DNA of 64,000 nucleotides from Squalus acanthias (Eukaryota), in NCBI GenBank assembly GCA_030390025.1, contig CM059432.1:41108001-41172000 (forward strand). Reading direction: 5' to 3'. A program made the translations under genes and the position numbers. The notes beneath the pieces are model-generated. The model did not search any database and had not been told where the DNA came from. It saw only the letters and a list, made by a program, of their open reading frames with translations. This document shows positions 39,762-52,026 of this stretch, in pieces; the first letter of the stretch is position 1; the number at the start of each line of letters is the position of its first letter.

Positions 39762-40314
39762 GTCCTATGGGAGGAGTTCTGCTTCAAGAAGAGATATCTG
39801 TGTGGAAATGCCTAGCAGTTCTTATTCACAGCCTGGAACCTCAGGCTACCAGTCCTATGCATTTCCTAGGTGGGTAGCCCCAGAGATAGGACGAAAGCAT
39901 GAAGGGAAATCTCAGTTAACTGCTCAGCCACAGGCGAGTAACAGCTTTGAAGGACTGGACAAGGCAGAGACTCATCAAATTACAGATGTGTCTCTTTCTC
40001 CACCTTGTGCTAGAATACCCTCCGCACCATCTCCTAGACCTGTTACAAGGGATGACCTTTTATTTCTGCAGCAGCACCAGGCGGGCATCCCACGCTATGG
40101 GACCAGGCATGAGAAGGAAATACCAGCAGTCTCCTCGGAAGAGCAAGAGCTTATCCTGGAAAACCAAAGAAAGTTTGGGTTATATCTTGATGAGAAAAGG
40201 GAAAGCCTAAAAAGATTACACGCACTGGAGGAAGAACTGCTCAGGGCAAAAATCGAAGTTGAACAGTTAAAAGCATTACGACTACGAGGATTGTCCGTGT
40301 TTAAGGACCCCTAA
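39762..40314 (+). CDS. Exon 2 of predicted chimeric gene: diverged paralogue of the FSBP terminal exon
   Basis: Acceptor TTTTTATACAG| at 39761, phase 2, in frame (AT+G = Met, then SYGRSSAS...). Colinear with 17352-17925 (QPGTSGYQS, PSPRP, ENQRKFGLYLDEKRESLKR, LEEELLRAKI). No stops or frameshifts; TAA at 40312-40314. Confidence 0.87.
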
Positions 40315-40790
40315 ATGTAGAACCATTAATGTTTTCCAATTGAGTTCAGTGTTTGATCCCTACAGTGGCTTTTTACTATCACTAAAGGGGCATTATTGAT
40401 ACAAAGAGTGTGAATTTCCACGGCGGTTCTCCCGTTTGTCTGCTGTAACTTCACCGGAAGAGCTGCGGAAACCCCTGTGGAAATTCATCCCCAAATTGTT
40501 TATCAAGACATTTTACCACGATTGTACACAGAGGGATATATGATAGTAACATTGAATCTAAATTTAGGAACTGGGCTCTGCTGATGGTTCAGTGGATAAA
40601 TGCAGCATGGTATGTAATACTGAGCCAAACAGATGGAATGTCCCAAGTTTGATCTCCGTCTGCGCTGAGTTAATTGATGTAAGTTGTGGAGGCAATGTCC
40701 TTGGGCTTGGGAGGGGAAAAAATTGACTACGGTTCCCTTTCATGACCACCATACAGTCACTCTGCTAGAAACCACTTGTGTGGACATTAG

Positions 40791-41540
40791 GGGCTGGATT
40801 TTGAATGACCCATGGAGTCGGGTTTGGAGGCGTGTGGGGGGTTAAATTTGCGGGGTCGGGGGTCCTGACTCCATCCCGCCTCCACGCAATTTTGACAAAA
40901 TCAGTCGCGGGGTTCCCAACTCCGTCCCGCCTCCAAAAGGCGGGAGAGGCCATTAAAGCCCTTAACAAGCTCTAAATTGGCTCTGTAATGCGATTTTCAA
41001 ATGTTTTAGCTAGTTTAACCCTTTTCTGACGTGAAGCACGCCTGGTGTGAAACACTCCAGTGAAACCTGGCGGGAGCACAAGTGGATAGCTGACTATCGG
41101 CTGCAGGTCCACTATTACAACAGAGATGTGATGAAGGTAGTAGTAGTATTAGGTGGTGTGAAAGTCGCGTCTGATGCTGCTGCATTGAATGTGTTCAGAG
41201 ACTGCATGGCGTTTGCTGTGAGAGGACTTGGATGCAAAAAAAACGCTCTCGCTCTCGCTGTCTCTCCTTTCCTCCCCCCACATCTTGCATTGAGGTCCGC
41301 TCAAGGCAGGTCCTCTCTCACCAACAGTCTCTCAAACTAGGCAGTCAGCAATGATGACATCATCAGAGGCGACTTTCAGACTCAAACCACTAATTAGTTC
41401 ATGGGTTCCCACATGCTGGAACTCAATTGACCAATTAAGTGAAAATTGCATCATTCTTCCACATTCAACTGGAGTCGGGTGGGGAAACACGAAATGCGGA
41501 TGACACGACCCCAACCCGACCCCAAGACAAAATCCAGCCC
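40791..41540. mobile_element. Non-autonomous DNA transposon, probable Harbinger type (family C)
   Basis: TIRs GGGCTGGATTTTG / CAAAATCCAGCCC; 3-bp TSD TAG on both sides; subterminal GTCGGG/CCCGAC repeats. Confidence 0.82.
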
Positions 41541-41838
41541 TAGGTGTTTAATTAACTCTGGTAGTTGAACACATTTTAATACAATTCCTATTCTAACTCT
41601 TAGAAACATAATGCAGGATAGTAAAAGACCATTATAGTCCATCGGCTGGTGTCTAGGAAATATCATATCCTGTGATAACCGCTCTCTAATTTTTTGATAC
41701 AATCAGCCCCCACTGCCTGCCTTGGCAGTCCATTCCATACATTCACCATCCTCTTGTGTAAAGTTGTAACATTTAAACTGTCTTTTCACCTTAATGGTTA
41801 TGCCCTCTTGTAGAATTTATGACTGTGTTAAACATATT

Positions 41839-42731
41839 GGGGTAAAAATTCACTTGGTTGCGCCTCCCGTTAGCGCCTTAAGAGGGCGCTAATGGGGCGC
41901 AAAGCCGCTAACGCCCGGGCGCAGCGATGTTTGCGCCGCTCGAGAACTTAACTTGAGATTGTGCGGCGGCGCTAAAACTTACCGCTGCGACCACCTGCGC
42001 GCGCAGATTGTGACGTCATTCCATGGTGCAACGCCCTTGTGGCGCCCCGTAGCGGAAATTGAGTGGCGCCCCCTGCCTTACCGCCTGGCGCTTCCAACGA
42101 CCAGAAGACTGGAACGCTATCAATCGCTGTGGGGCTGGGGGGGGCGCTATTTAAAGGGGGCCTCTTCCTGTCTTTTATTGTTGGTGGCATTTTTGAACTA
42201 CGCATTCTGAGAGAGAGAGGGAGAGACTTCTGGAGAGATTCAACGTTGTGTGAAGGAGTTTTGGGTACTGAGCAGCACTTTGCAGGTTCATTTTGATTTG
42301 CCATTCCTTGTATCGATTTAGCAGAGACTGTGGGAGCTGCACTCTGAGCTCTTTGCCTGGTACTTTCCATTGTTCTTTCCAGCACATTTGATGTGCAAGT
42401 CTCTCCAGGCCGAGATTCAAGGCAGCAATGAACAGGATGTGGATGGAAAGCAAGATTAACCATCCCCTTTAAGAACTGGCCCGTGCCATTGTGTGTGTGT
42501 TCCATTGCTGACTGACATTACATGAGCTTCGCCAGCGCTCCGAGTTAGCGCCTCACTGCTCGGCCTTTGCGCCTTAAGAGAGGTGTGCAGCGCCTGCTTT
42601 AGCGCTCCACTCACCTCCCGGGGCGGTAAAAGTGAAGTTTCCTGTCAGTGCCGATAATTAGCGCCAGGCGCTAATATTTGCGTCCGGACGATATTTGCGC
42701 CCCAAATGGGGCGCGACCTAATTTCTACCCC
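41839..42731. mobile_element. Probable Harbinger-type non-autonomous element (family A, copy 2)
   Basis: TIRs GGGGTAAAAATT / AATTTCTACCCC; TSD ATT at 41836-38 and 42732-34. Confidence 0.85.
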
Positions 42732-42734
42732 ATT

Positions 42735-43220
42735 GACTTATATCTTGTCTATGCCTTTTTAGGATCTTAAATTATTCTGAAAAATCCCCCTGCACCTTCT
42801 CCTGTCCAGTGTAAACATTCCCAGATTCTGTATCCTCTCTTTATAACTCGGGTGCCTATTCCCAGCTATCAATTTAGTTGCCATTCACTGCACTTTCTAA
42901 GGTCTGGATCTCTTCCTCATAATATGGTGACCAGAATTATACACAGTACTCCTGGTGAATCCTAACCAGTACTCCATAAAAACTCTGAATCACTTCCTCT
43001 ATTCCTTTGGTGATAAAGCCCAAGATCTTATTTGCTGTCATTACTGTTGCTGATAGCTTCAGCGAACTAGCCATCAGTACCCCAAAATAGCTCTCCTGTG
43101 TTGTCTCCTGTAGAATAATGCCATTTAGCTTATATTGCCACTGTTTATTATCCTTTCCCATGACTTTGCATTTGTTCACATTGAATAACATCTGCTACTT
43201 GTCAGCCCAGCTTCCCAAGT
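42735..43220 (-). mobile_element. Old CR1 RT fragment
   Basis: FNVNKCKVM...ANKILGFI...QEYCV. Confidence 0.75.
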
Positions 43221-43224
43221 GATA

Positions 43225-46062
43225 AGGTTAAGATGGAGAGTGAAGTAGTTGACTCAGAGACTAGGGTCCTGAATTTAAATAAAGGAAACTACGATGGTAT
43301 GAGGCGCGAGTTGGCTAGGATGGATTGGGGAGCATTACTTAAAGGGCTGACAGTGGATAGGCAATGGCAAACATTTAAAGATCGCATGGATGAACTACAG
43401 AATTTGTTCATCCCTGTTTGGCATAAAAATAAAAAAAAAGTGACTCAATTGTGGCTAACAAGGGAAATTAGGGATAGCATAAGATCCAAGGAGAGGACAT
43501 ATAAATTGGCCAGAAAAAGCAGCAAACCTGAGGATTGGGAGCAGTTTAGGATTCAGAAAAGGAGGACAAAGGGATTAATTAAGAGGGGGGAAATAGAATA
43601 TGAGAGTAAGCTTGCAGGGAACATAAAAACTGACTGTAAAAGCTTCTATAGATATGTGAAGTGAAAAAGATTGAAGTCAAGCGTAGGTTCCTTGCAGTCA
43701 GAATCAGGGGAATTTATAATGGGGAACAAAGAAATGGCTGACCAATTAAATACATACTTTGGTTCTGTCTTCACAAAGGAGGACACAAGTAACCTCCCAG
43801 AGATGTCAGGGAACATAGGGTCTAATGAGAGGGAGGAATTGAATGAAATCAGTATTTGTAGGGAAATGATGTTAGGGAAATTGACAGGATTGAAGGCCGA
43901 TAAATCCCCAGGGCCTGATAATCTACATCCTAGGGTACTTAAGGAAGTGGCCCTAGAAATAGTAGATGCATTGCTGGTCATCTTCCAAAATTCTATAGAC
44001 TCTGGAACAGTTCCCATGGATTGGAGGGTAGCTAATGTAACCCCACTATTTAAAAAAGGTGGTAGAGCGAAAACGGGGAATTATAGACCTGACATCGGTA
44101 GTGGGGAAAATGCTAGAGTCCATTACAAAAGATGTAATAGCAGAGCACTTGGAAAACAGTGACAGGATCGGACAAAGTCAACATGGATTTACAAAAGGTA
44201 AATCATGCTTGACTGATCTACTGGAATTTTTTGAGTATGTAACTGGTAGAATAGATAAGGGAGAACCAGTGGATGTGGTGTATTTGGACTTTCAGAAGAC
44301 TTTCGATAAGGTCCCGCATAAGAGATATGCGTGCAAAGTTAAAGCACATGGGATTGGGGGTAAGGTACTGACTTGGATAGAGAACTGGTTGGCAGACAGG
44401 AAGCAAAGAGTTGGAATAAACGGGTCTTTTTCCGAGTGGCAAGCAGTGACTAGTGGGGTACCGCAGGGATCGGTGCTAGGACCCCAGCTGTTCACAATAT
44501 ATATTCATGATCTAGACGAGGGAACTAGATGTAATATCTCCAAGTTTGCAGACGACACAAAGCTGGGTGGGCGTGTGTGCTGTGAGGAGGATGCAGAGAA
44601 ACTGCAGTATGATTTGGACAGGTTGGGTGATTGGGCAGATGCATGGCAGATGCAGTATAATGTGGATAAATGTGAGGTTATCCACTTTGGTGTCAAAAAC
44701 AGGAAGGCAGATTATTATCTGAATGGCAATAGATTGGGAAAAGGGGAAGTGCAACAAGACCTGGGTGTCCTTGTGCACCAGTCGCTGAAGGTAAGCATGC
44801 AGGTGCAGCAGGCGGTTAAGAAGGCAAATGGTATGTTGGCCTTCATAACGAGAGGATTCGAGTACAGGAGCAAGGATGTCTTGCTGCAGTTGTACAGGGC
44901 CTTGGTGAGACCACACCTTGAGTATTGTGTGCAGTTTTGGTCGCCTTATCTGAGGAAGGATGTTCTTGCCATGGAGGGAGCGCAGCGAAGATTCACCAGA
45001 CTGATACCTGGGATGGCAGGAATAACGTATGTAGAGAGATTGGGTCGATTAGGCTTATATTCGCTAGAGTTTAGAAGAATGAGAGGGGATCTCATTGAAA
45101 CTTATAAAATTCTAACAGGACTAGACAGACTAGATGCAGGAAGGATGTTCCCGATGGTGGGGGAGTCCAGAACCAGGGGTCACAGTCTAAGGATAAGGGG
45201 TAAGCCATTTAGGACTGTTAGGGTGAAAATTATAGGGCTTAAAGCAGCAACGTAAAGAATGAAAGAATGTGCTGTAAAAGGTGGACTCGTAAATGAGACA
45301 AGACAGAATGGCTTCGCTGATACAGTGCGATGGGTAATGTCTATTGTCAACGTGCGTACGTGCGAGACAACTTGAAGCCCACCAAGGAGGAGCAAACGAC
45401 TACGATAATAGCACAACGGTTGCACCTGAGAACCAATCACCGCATGACCAGTCAGACCGGTCAAGCAGATGTGGCGCAACACTCTGTATGTTTATAGTTT
45501 CGGAAGGGAAGTAACAAGAAAAATCAGCTTAAAGTGCAGATTATAATCAAGTCAGTGGTGGAGATATATGATTGGGTAAGGGGCTTGTTGTTAGGAGAAT
45601 GTGATTGGGTGGAGACATTTGTATGTGATGAATTGCATATCCGGCCGTATAATGTATAAAAGAAGTTCCGATACCACTGTAACGACGAGAAGTTGATCAC
45701 TAGACCGCGGGGTCTATGGCTCTTCTCCCAGGGCGCCCTGTATAATAAACTGTGAGCTTCTGCTTTGAGACAGACTTGAGTGAATTTATTTTTCACCAAC
45801 AGGACTGAGATGAGGAGGAATTTCTTCACCCAGAGAGTGGTGAACCTGTGGAATTCTCTACCACAGAAGGCAGTTGAGGCCAATTCATTAAATATATTCA
45901 AGAAGGAGTTAGATATATTTCTTAAGGCTAAAGGGATCAAGGGATATGGGGAGAAAGCAGGGACAGGGTACTGAATTTGGATGATCAGCCATGATCTCAT
46001 TAAATGGCGGAACAGGCTCGAGGGGCCGAATGGCCTACTCCTATCTTCTATGTTTCTATGTT
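43225..46062 (+). mobile_element. 5'-truncated CR1 LINE ORF2 to 3' tail, interrupted by a solo LTR
   Basis: ORFs 43233-43664, 43671-44162, 44059-45255 ([19 protein letters not shown]) and 45780-45974; tail TTCTATGTTTCTATG. Confidence 0.95.
45216..45801 (+). mobile_element. Solo LTR, 586 bp
   Basis: Termini TGTTAGGGTGAAAA...TTTTCACCAACA; 4-bp TSD GGAC at 45212-15 and 45802-05; TATAAA at about 45655 and AATAAA at about 45744 suggest + orientation. Confidence 0.85.
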
Positions 46063-47984
46063 TTTTGATCTCCCTGTTGTTGAAGTCCATCCTAGTTTGG
46101 TATCAACTTAGAGAGTTGTTTTTGTTAACTCAGTAGTTAACCCTTTTAGTTTAAGCAAATTAAAATCTGCATTTAGTTGCACGCAAAGGAATTTTACATA
46201 AATGTGTTAAACATTGCGCTAGCAAAGAAAATTAAACTGCCACGAACAAGCTCAGCAATGATGATTTTACAGTTGACTAGCCTGCTGAAAGTCATTATCT
46301 AGTCTCACATGTGAAGAATGATGAAGTACCAGCAATCTACCAATCCCTGTAGACCTATATATAAACCAAGAGTTACTGTTTTCTGAAGAGAAAGACTGAA
46401 AAAGCAGAGAGAACTGGGGGTTGGGGGTAAGAATGGCAAACATTGCAGAAGTATGTATAGTAGCAGATACAGCATCTGCTAAAGAACAAACTTTCCTCGG
46501 CATCAAATGTGGCAGCATTTTGAGTCAGCAGACAAGGTTTTCTTGAACTGTGGAACTTGGCCTTCTTAAAAAGACCCTTATCCAGCATTAATGGCCCAGA
46601 ATTTCCTGCAACGGTGAGATCGGCGAGGTATGCCGTAAATCTTGCTGTTTTGTGTGCCGATCTTGCCGTTGCTATCTTGTGTGAAAATTTTCTGGTTTCC
46701 TAATTAGAGTAAGCCTCAGCGAGCGTAACAGCGGGCCAGAAGCACTGCATCCAATGTCTGAATTGTGTTTTGTAATTATGTATACCTAGACACACTAAGG
46801 TGCCCGGGCTGGGCACAGAACAGAACATTAGTTTTAGGTTGTTTAACATTTCCATAAAAGTAAAAGAGCTAAACAATTCATGCAGGTTTCCCATTTTTGT
46901 ATTTTAAAGTTCTTTATACCATTACCTGACTTGATTAGCATAGAGTTGTATTTTCTTATTTTGTAATTAATTCTTGTTGGTTATTCTCACATTTAAGATA
47001 AAAGAGCCTGTTTATGGAGACAGTTTGCAAAGAACTGATCAGTTTGAAGCTCTAGAGAAAGTGAAAAATCTGTTTGAATTTCCAAGAAGCACTGTATTAA
47101 TTCGTAATAAGAAATTCAAGGTGGGGAGGGGGGAATCACTATTATTTAAAAGAGTTAGCATAGTTCTTAGTGTTGCAATCATTGTATTTTGTCTACTTGA
47201 GTTAGGTGGAATAATTTCCACTGTAAATATCTAACTATATTATATGACTGACTTATGTGCTTGTTCATATTTTGTAGAATAAATTCTCTTAATATTCTAA
47301 ACTTAAAATGAGGTCTAATTTGATGCACTACCACTTTGGAAGGCCAGAGTCAGTTCTTATGAAGGTGTAAGTTCAGTCATTAAAAACAATAACCTGTTTT
47401 GTTATCTGAAGCTCGTTACTGAAAGCTCACCAAGATCTCAATGCAGGGATAGCTTCTTGAAGGTATGGGGATTTGGGATTCACCCGTGAGAGTGATCTTA
47501 GATGCAAGAGCCAAAATAATTTATGGTAAGAAGCTTAAAAAGACCCAAAAATGTAACACTAATCATTTCTTTATCGGATTAACCCATTTACTGGAAAGAT
47601 CCAGCAGTATAGCCCAGTGTTGTCCAATAGAAATCGCTCACTAGCCACAAGTGTGGCTACGGCAACACTGTCTTAGCCAGATGCATTAATTTTAGTAAGA
47701 AAAAAACACCTTATGGACAATGCAGGTAAATGTAGTTCATTTGTATTTTTACTTGGCAATCATCTATCACAATTCAGTGCAAAACTTTGCAGTCTTTCTC
47801 TTTCACCAAAGTTTGGAATTCTGGCATGAATTTATCAGACACAGCACAACTTAGTGCTAGGTTTTTGGTCCAACGGTTGCGAGCGGTACTTTGACTTCAT
47901 CAGAGTGCTTGCTGAGAATGTTCTCTCCCTCCAGAACATGGGTGGATGCTGCTTGCCCTTTGCTATAACGTGCCTGTTGGAGTT

Positions 47985-48380
47985 TTTTTTAATTATTTCC
48001 TGGGATGTGTGCATCGTTGGCAGGGCCAGCATTTATTGCCCACCCCTAATTACCTTTGAGAAGGTCGTGGTGAGCCGCCTTCTTAAACCGCTACAGTCCG
48101 TGAGGTGAAGGTACTCCCACAGTGCTGTTAGGTAGGGAGTTCCAATTTTAACCCAGTGATGATGAAGAAGCGGCGATATTGCCAAGTCAGGATGGTGTGT
48201 GACTTGGAGGGGAACTTGAAGGTGGTGGTGTTCCATGTGCCTGCTGCCCTTGTCCTTCTAGGTGGTGGAGGTTGTCGGTTTAAAAAGTGCTGTCGAAGAA
48301 GCCTTGGCGAGTTGCTGCAGTGCATCTTGGAGATGGTATATACTACAGATACGGTGTGCCGGTGATGGAGGGAGTGAACC
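47985..48380 (-). mobile_element. 3' end of the second CR1/L2-superclade LINE family
   Basis: Reverse complement of the 53730-54120 region (KMHCSNSPRLLRQH). Confidence 0.85.
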
Positions 48381-49127
48381 TGATTCATTCAGATTAACTT
48401 TTAAGTTCCTTAATTTTGATGATTTGTGAACCACGCTGAGCACACAGATACTATAGTTCTGAATTTTAAAAAGTTGTATTTCTATATTCTACAGTAGCTA
48501 TGAGAAACCCTTTTTTGCTTCTTTACTGTAAAGATCTGCACAGGATACTGTGCATGTAGGAGTCTTTGCCTTATAATTTTACTAACCTTTGACCTATTTA
48601 TTGCCTGAACCTTGACATCATCTTGTTTACATTTTTCTCCTTATCTCCCTGATACTTGGGTCATCAGTAGGTCACCTGGATAAATCGAGTTAATGGAATG
48701 TTTACTGATGCAGGTTGGTTTATGATGTAAATAGTTAACTTAGGACTGCTCTGAAGACACTAGCCAGCATTTAGAGCGATTCGAGTTTGTCTATCTACAT
48801 TTCCTGGTGTCTAATGTCAAAAACTGAAGCAAAGTCTGCATCAGTTTTAACCACTTTGCAAAAAGTTTGTAAACTGTAGGATCTTTACTCAGGGGCTTGT
48901 CAATCCTGTCCATCTCCAAAAACTTTCGGTTCTTTTCAAGTAAAATTTTGTTAATCACTACGGCTTGAAAACCATGGAACTTTACAGACTGGCTTTGTCA
49001 CCAAGGCATTAAGCTACATAGCAATTTGGGCCTCATTTTTCACCGCCCCATGAAAGACCGCATTTTCCACACTCACTTTGTTTTTAGTAGCTTGTCTGTG
49101 GACGGGAACAGCAAAGGGCAACTTGAA

Positions 49128-52026
49128 ATTAAGTTGAACTTCAGTGACCTCCTGCTTGTGTATGTATAAACCTTTAATGTTTTCAGTACTTTTAGAGCTC
49201 CTCACACTGAGGTACCGTAAAGGGCTTTGAATTAATCTCAGAACAGTGGCAGATTGAAACAGGATAGATTTACCACTTTCTTTCTAGTACCTTTTTAACA
49301 TTCAGTTCAACCATTTGTACTAAAGAATTCTGATTTATAGTTGTGCTTCTGTGAATATAAGGAAATAATAACTTATGGTTGTTGATTAACCATGCAGATA
49401 TCACTGGTTAAGTAAGCAGATTGTACAGGGGCTGGAAAGGGTAATTTCTGGATATGAGATGCTGTGGTCTGCAATAAAAACTGTTACTCAGATTCATGTT
49501 TCTGATGTAAAGTGAAACATGTAGACGAATACAGGTATTTAGAATTTGAAGTACAATTTAAGAGGAAAGTGTGTTGACTGCCATTACATTGAAGTATTTT
49601 TGGGGGAGGGGCTGGGATGGTTGGTAGGCTTCATTTGGTTGTCAGGGGAAGGCTTAAACTGTCTGAGGAGATCTGATACTGTTGCTGAAAGATGCTTTCT
49701 CATGGTGTGACGACTGGATTTGATCTGCATGCTTGATGGTTACTCAACTGCCTAAAGTACCTTGAATGAAACCGACTTAAGTTGGGAGAGGGAATGAAAA
49801 TGGGTGGAGAGTGCAAAATAACATTTGAGTGTTTTTATTATCACATCATAGAACTTCCTTTATACTTTAAAGTGATTAAAGTAGGAGAGCAAGAGTTCTA
49901 AATATTCTACACTTCCAATGTAAAGATAGTCATCTATTTAAATGTGTTTCTGTTGTTTACCATCTAATTACATATATAGAGGAGAATTGGATATAATTTC
50001 TATCTTGCGGGCTGCTGGAAGCAGATACAATCCCTTTTCAACATCTATTCTGTTTATATTCATGTTGGGTCACATTGAATTCATTAGATTTAAATGTTAC
50101 CATTTTAATTTTTTTTAAATTTCAGGACAGCTGCCATCTGTTAAGGAACGTGCTCACTTCTTACCCCTATTTCCTCTGTTGCCCTCATCCCCTTTGGGCA
50201 CATTCCTCCTTATTCAAAAGGATAGGGAAACCTGCTTGTAGGCCACTTCTATTACAGGTTTTAACCAGCCTCGAGGAAGCACGTGATGATGATATGGTTT
50301 AAATTCCTCTCTTGATTTCCCCCCCCCCCCCCCACCCCACTTTCCTTTTCTCCAACAGTGCAACTAAGATTGGAAACTCAACAGATGGTAATTGAACCTG
50401 TTTGTTGCTCCAATAAGATACGTTGCCTAGTAAATATTAACTTTGAATCTGAATTATATTGATATAAAGGCTGTAGAGTGTATTTGGTGGCATCACCAAA
50501 TTACGACGTACTTTTGTAATTTGTGAAGGTTATATGTGGAGTAACAACCAAAAACATTGGCCCAGATTTTGCGGTCAGCGGCGAAGAAAGCTGCCCACAA
50601 AGATTTAGCTATTTCTGTGGCGTGGATTTCACCTTTCCCGACGTTAATTTCATTCTGGCGTCACCTATAGGGGATCTCCAGCATCCAGCAACAGTGATGT
50701 CATGAAGCAGGCTAAGCAGCCAACCACATTGAAGAATTCTCACAGACAGCAAACCAGGAAGTAAAAAGCACTGATTATCCTTCACTTTTTTAAAATCATT
50801 TTACAGAGAGCAAAATAAAGATTAGGACATACACATAGGAAGATAGAAACTGAAATGTCATAAACAACCTTTAAAAAAAATATATATAATTTTTATTATT
50901 TTAAAAATCTGAGAATTTTTTTATCGTTGAGAAATTTGACATTCCGCAAATATAAAATTAGTTTTTCAGGGTCAGAGAGGTTGTTCAGCAGCAATTATGA
51001 CTTAGTACGTCGTAAAATACCCAGTTACACCTCATTTAACAAAGCTTAACTTTTTTGGATGTTTTTACAGCCAGATTAGAGGGTAAAACATGGAAGTTCA
51101 TGTCAATTTAAGTGATTTGTAAGATTTCCCTCTGCGAGGACTTCAACAATGCACCTTGTGTGGAGGAGCGGGGAATCACTGACAGCTTCAGGATTTCCAC
51201 GTTTAAATGCACATGTGCAGACTCCAGAACTTGTCAGTTTTAGAGTAATGACGGCGAACGCCAACAGTTTCGCAGTCATTTCAAACACAAATTCCGGGCA
51301 ATTAGATTTAAATGTTCATAATTTTTGATTTTATATTACTCTAATCCCTTAATTGCACATTTATTTTCTATATTTAGTTACTCAGGGATGCAAAACTGTT
51401 GCCGTTTGCTCTAAGGCTGACTTTACACTGCAAGTTTGTTGTTGGCACAAAGCAGCTTTGACTTCTCACCACCACTAACCTCATGTAGCATAAATTGATT
51501 ACCTTGGCCCAAACTAACTCTGAAGTAAAGCAGAGCGAAACTCTTAGTCAGCCCCTGACTCTTGATTCGGGGCACCCTTATACTAAGTGCAGTGTTAGTG
51601 TGAAGTGAAACTGCTTTGCACTGATGCTACAGTTGTAATGTAAGTGCACGCCAAGAGTGAGAGCCTATGTAGCCTTGTGAAGTAAATTAGATTTCCAGCA
51701 TCCGCAGTATTTTGCTATTGTACCTAGGAAGATTGTTGAAGTAGACAGTATACATGAGTTCAAGAGATAATTGAATGCATTTCTGAAGAGAGGCAGAGAT
51801 AGATTAAGTTGAACTTAAGTGACCCCCTGTTTCTGTATGTGTAAACCTTTGATATTTTCAGTTCTTTAGAGCTCCCCACTCTGAGGTACTGTAATGGGCT
51901 TAGAATTAATTTCAAAACAATGGTAGACTGGCATGGGATAGATATACCACTTTCATTCACCGCCTTTTTAATATTCAGATCTAGCATTGCTACTGAAGAA
52001 TTCTGATTTATTGTTGTGCTTCTGTG
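49128..52026 (+). repeat. Diverged direct repeat of about 225 bp (49128-49353 and 51803-52026)
   Basis: Both copies read ATTAAGTTGAACTT.AGTGACC...AGAGCTCC.CAC.CTGAGGTAC...AAGAATTCTGATTTAT.GTTGTGCTTCTGTG. Confidence 0.85.
50559..51300. mobile_element. Probable Harbinger-type non-autonomous element (family B, copy 2)
   Basis: Termini GGCCCAGATTTTGCG...CAAATTCCGGGCA; TSD ATT on both sides; interior shared with 32169-32905. Confidence 0.75.

Noticed and set aside
18352..42731. Family A elements as markers of the same segmental duplication that copied the FSBP last exon
   Set aside because: The two elements look more alike than the two exons, their flanks are unrelated, and their distances from the stop codons differ. 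Independent later insertions are more likely.
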